A stretch of DNA of 8,093 bases from Amoeboradix gromovi X-113 (taxonomy: Eukaryota > Fungi > Sanchytriomycota), in assembly GCA_018985225.1 (NCBI GenBank), contig JADGIF010000467.1, forward strand, positions 1 to 8,093. The letters are read 5' to 3'. Made by a program: the position numbers and the translations under genes. This document shows, piece after piece, positions 6,626 to 8,093 of this stretch; position 1 is the stretch's first letter; each line of letters begins with the position of its first letter. The notes beneath the pieces were generated by a model. It saw nothing but the letters and a program-made list of their open reading frames with translations, was not told where the DNA came from and ran no database searches.

Positions 6626-7811
6626 ATGAGTGTTGAACACCTTGAGACTAATCTATATGAGCAGCAACTGATGAACCAAGAGCTCCAGAAGTACATAAAT
6701 AGATTGAAGCATCAAGTCTCTTTAAATTCGCAGGTTCAGCATGATGAAGTGCAAATTGTTGAAAATAAACCTTCCCAGATAATTATTGAAAAGGTAGCAA
6801 GCAGGTCCAGCTCATCATGTACCAATAACGAAAATTTACAGAAACAGAATCTAGAACTAATGCAGCTTTTACAGGATGCCCGTGATGAAATTGATGAGTT
6901 AAGACAAAGGCCCTGGAAAGAGGAGGAACAAGAGTTCGAGTCATTTGGTATACTGCAATCTGTTACACTGTCTACGCCTAAAAAAAGAAAACCATTGGAA
7001 TGGGATTCGAAATTAAATTTAAAGAGGTCAGATAAAATTGAATTTACTGCGAAAGCACAAATCGGACAAGCCGGAATTGTTAAAAGAAGGTTAAATCAAT
7101 ATGAAACTAAGAGTGCTGTTAATCTTCAGGCTAATTGTTTCACTAACTCGCAGCCCTTAAAAATTAATTTAGATCCAATGGAGGAACTTGATCTTTTGAT
7201 GAACAAGTTACGTACAAAAATTCCGGATTCATATATACCAAAGAAACTTAGTGTTCCTAGTGAGAACCTGCATCATTTAAACCAAATCTTAACAATTTTG
7301 GAATCTAAAAATAATTCCAGTTTAAGCTCTTTTGAATTCAATCATTCTCACTTTGCGTACCACATTATGACTGGTGGCTACATAAACTGTTTTAGAAATT
7401 TCAAAAAACCTCTTAATCATGTTTACTGCTGGATTCAACCGATGACTTGGCAACTATTTCTTTCTTTCACAGAACCTGGCCTAGAGTCAAAGTCTATTAC
7501 TTACACCTATCAGGTGGACCCGTATAAGACTTACTATTCTTTACTCTCCTGCCCTATAAACGAAGGAGTTCCTGTAATTCTTACATCTTCAAAATCCAGC
7601 GGAAATCGGCAGTTGCTAATTTTAAAACCTCTCTGTGCTCCAGAGTACCATGTGTGGTAATATTTATTAATTCAGGTGGAAGGGTATTATTGATTGGTGC
7701 ATATGGAATATTCAACATCAACAACGGATGAAATCAGACATATTTTATCAAAGAGACATTCGAGAAAACGGATTGATAAGGGCGCATCATATGAACTTGC
7801 TCAATGATTGA
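6626..7811 (+). CDS. Coiled-coil protein with C-terminal Num1/Mcp5-like PH domain; probably two exons (6626-7656, 7676-7811)
   Basis: N-terminal Q/E/L heptad segments. HIMTGGYI...HVYCWIQPMTWQLFLS..EP resembles the Mcp5/Num1 PH pattern (MIGE.L...H.RYFW.HPYT.TLYWS...P). The ORF stops at the PH C-terminal Trp, but removing a short GT..AG intron extends it 44 codons to TGA 7809-7811. Confidence 0.65.
7657..7675 (+). other. Candidate ultra-short spliceosomal intron (19 nt; alternative donor at 7654 gives 22 nt)
   Basis: gtaatatttattaattcag: GT donor, AT-rich body, ttaat branch-like motif, CAG acceptor. It contains the apparent stop codon, and its removal restores a frame. Confidence 0.6.
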
Positions 7812-7996
7812 AAAAGTAAATTTAATTCGTATTTTCTAACATGCGACTTGATAGCAAGAAGATCAATTTTGAGTCTTAAATAGGGGCCTGGTGTTTTATA
7901 TGCTTTTGCAACAAATTACATACGCAAAAGCGCAAACTGCCACTTTACATCAAAATACTAGGAGATAATATTGTTTTGTATTAATTGTGTAGAGTT

Positions 7997-8093
7997 GGGA
8001 CACCAAATATAAAAACTAGACTAACTCGTTTTTAAAGAAGGTGCTCCATACGCAGGAAATGCTATCATTAATAAAAGATCTTCTATTATACCA
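7997..8093 (-). mobile_element. Right end of the same Fanzor-carrying TIR element, inverted (copy 3, truncated by window end)
   Basis: Reverse complement matches 100-193 with few substitutions and one 3-nt indel; translates WYNRRSFINDSISCVWSTFFKNELV*. Confidence 0.88.

Noticed and set aside
100-8093. Window-scale inverted repeat (100-193 vs 7997-8093) as TIRs of one large transposon carrying the five genes
   Set aside because: Both are right ends whose termini point into the window, so the genes lie outside both elements. They are two independent copies and likely cause the assembly breaks.
1-8093. CRISPR array, tRNA or rRNA genes
   Set aside because: No regularly spaced direct repeats and no cloverleaf or rRNA signatures seen.

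Overview
AT-rich, gene-dense, almost intron-free eukaryotic nuclear DNA, most like a compact early-diverging fungal or other opisthokont genome (inference). Five host genes are supported: mitochondrial complex I 49-kDa subunit (NDUFS2), a plant-type LRR receptor-like protein, a small secreted protein, a TPT/SLC35-family transporter, and a coiled-coil + Num1/Mcp5-type PH protein that probably has a 19-22 nt intron. The most striking content is absent from the ORF track. (1) A GGG...CCC TIR transposon family is present three times (1-193, 6154-6592, 7997-8093). It carries the C-terminal zinc-knuckle/RuvC-III segment of a Fanzor/TnpB-like protein whose reading frame runs into the right TIR. The conserved right end can fold into a hairpin and abuts a different flank in each copy, as expected for omegaRNA scaffold + guide ('ghost'-type loci). 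(2) A second, unrelated TnpB/Fanzor2-like C-terminal remnant (2991-3173, CxxC...DRDxNSA) overlaps a ~230-nt plus-strand rod-like RNA structure. Degenerate mini-TIR relics cluster at 520-900. All family calls come from motif recognition by eye; no searches were run.
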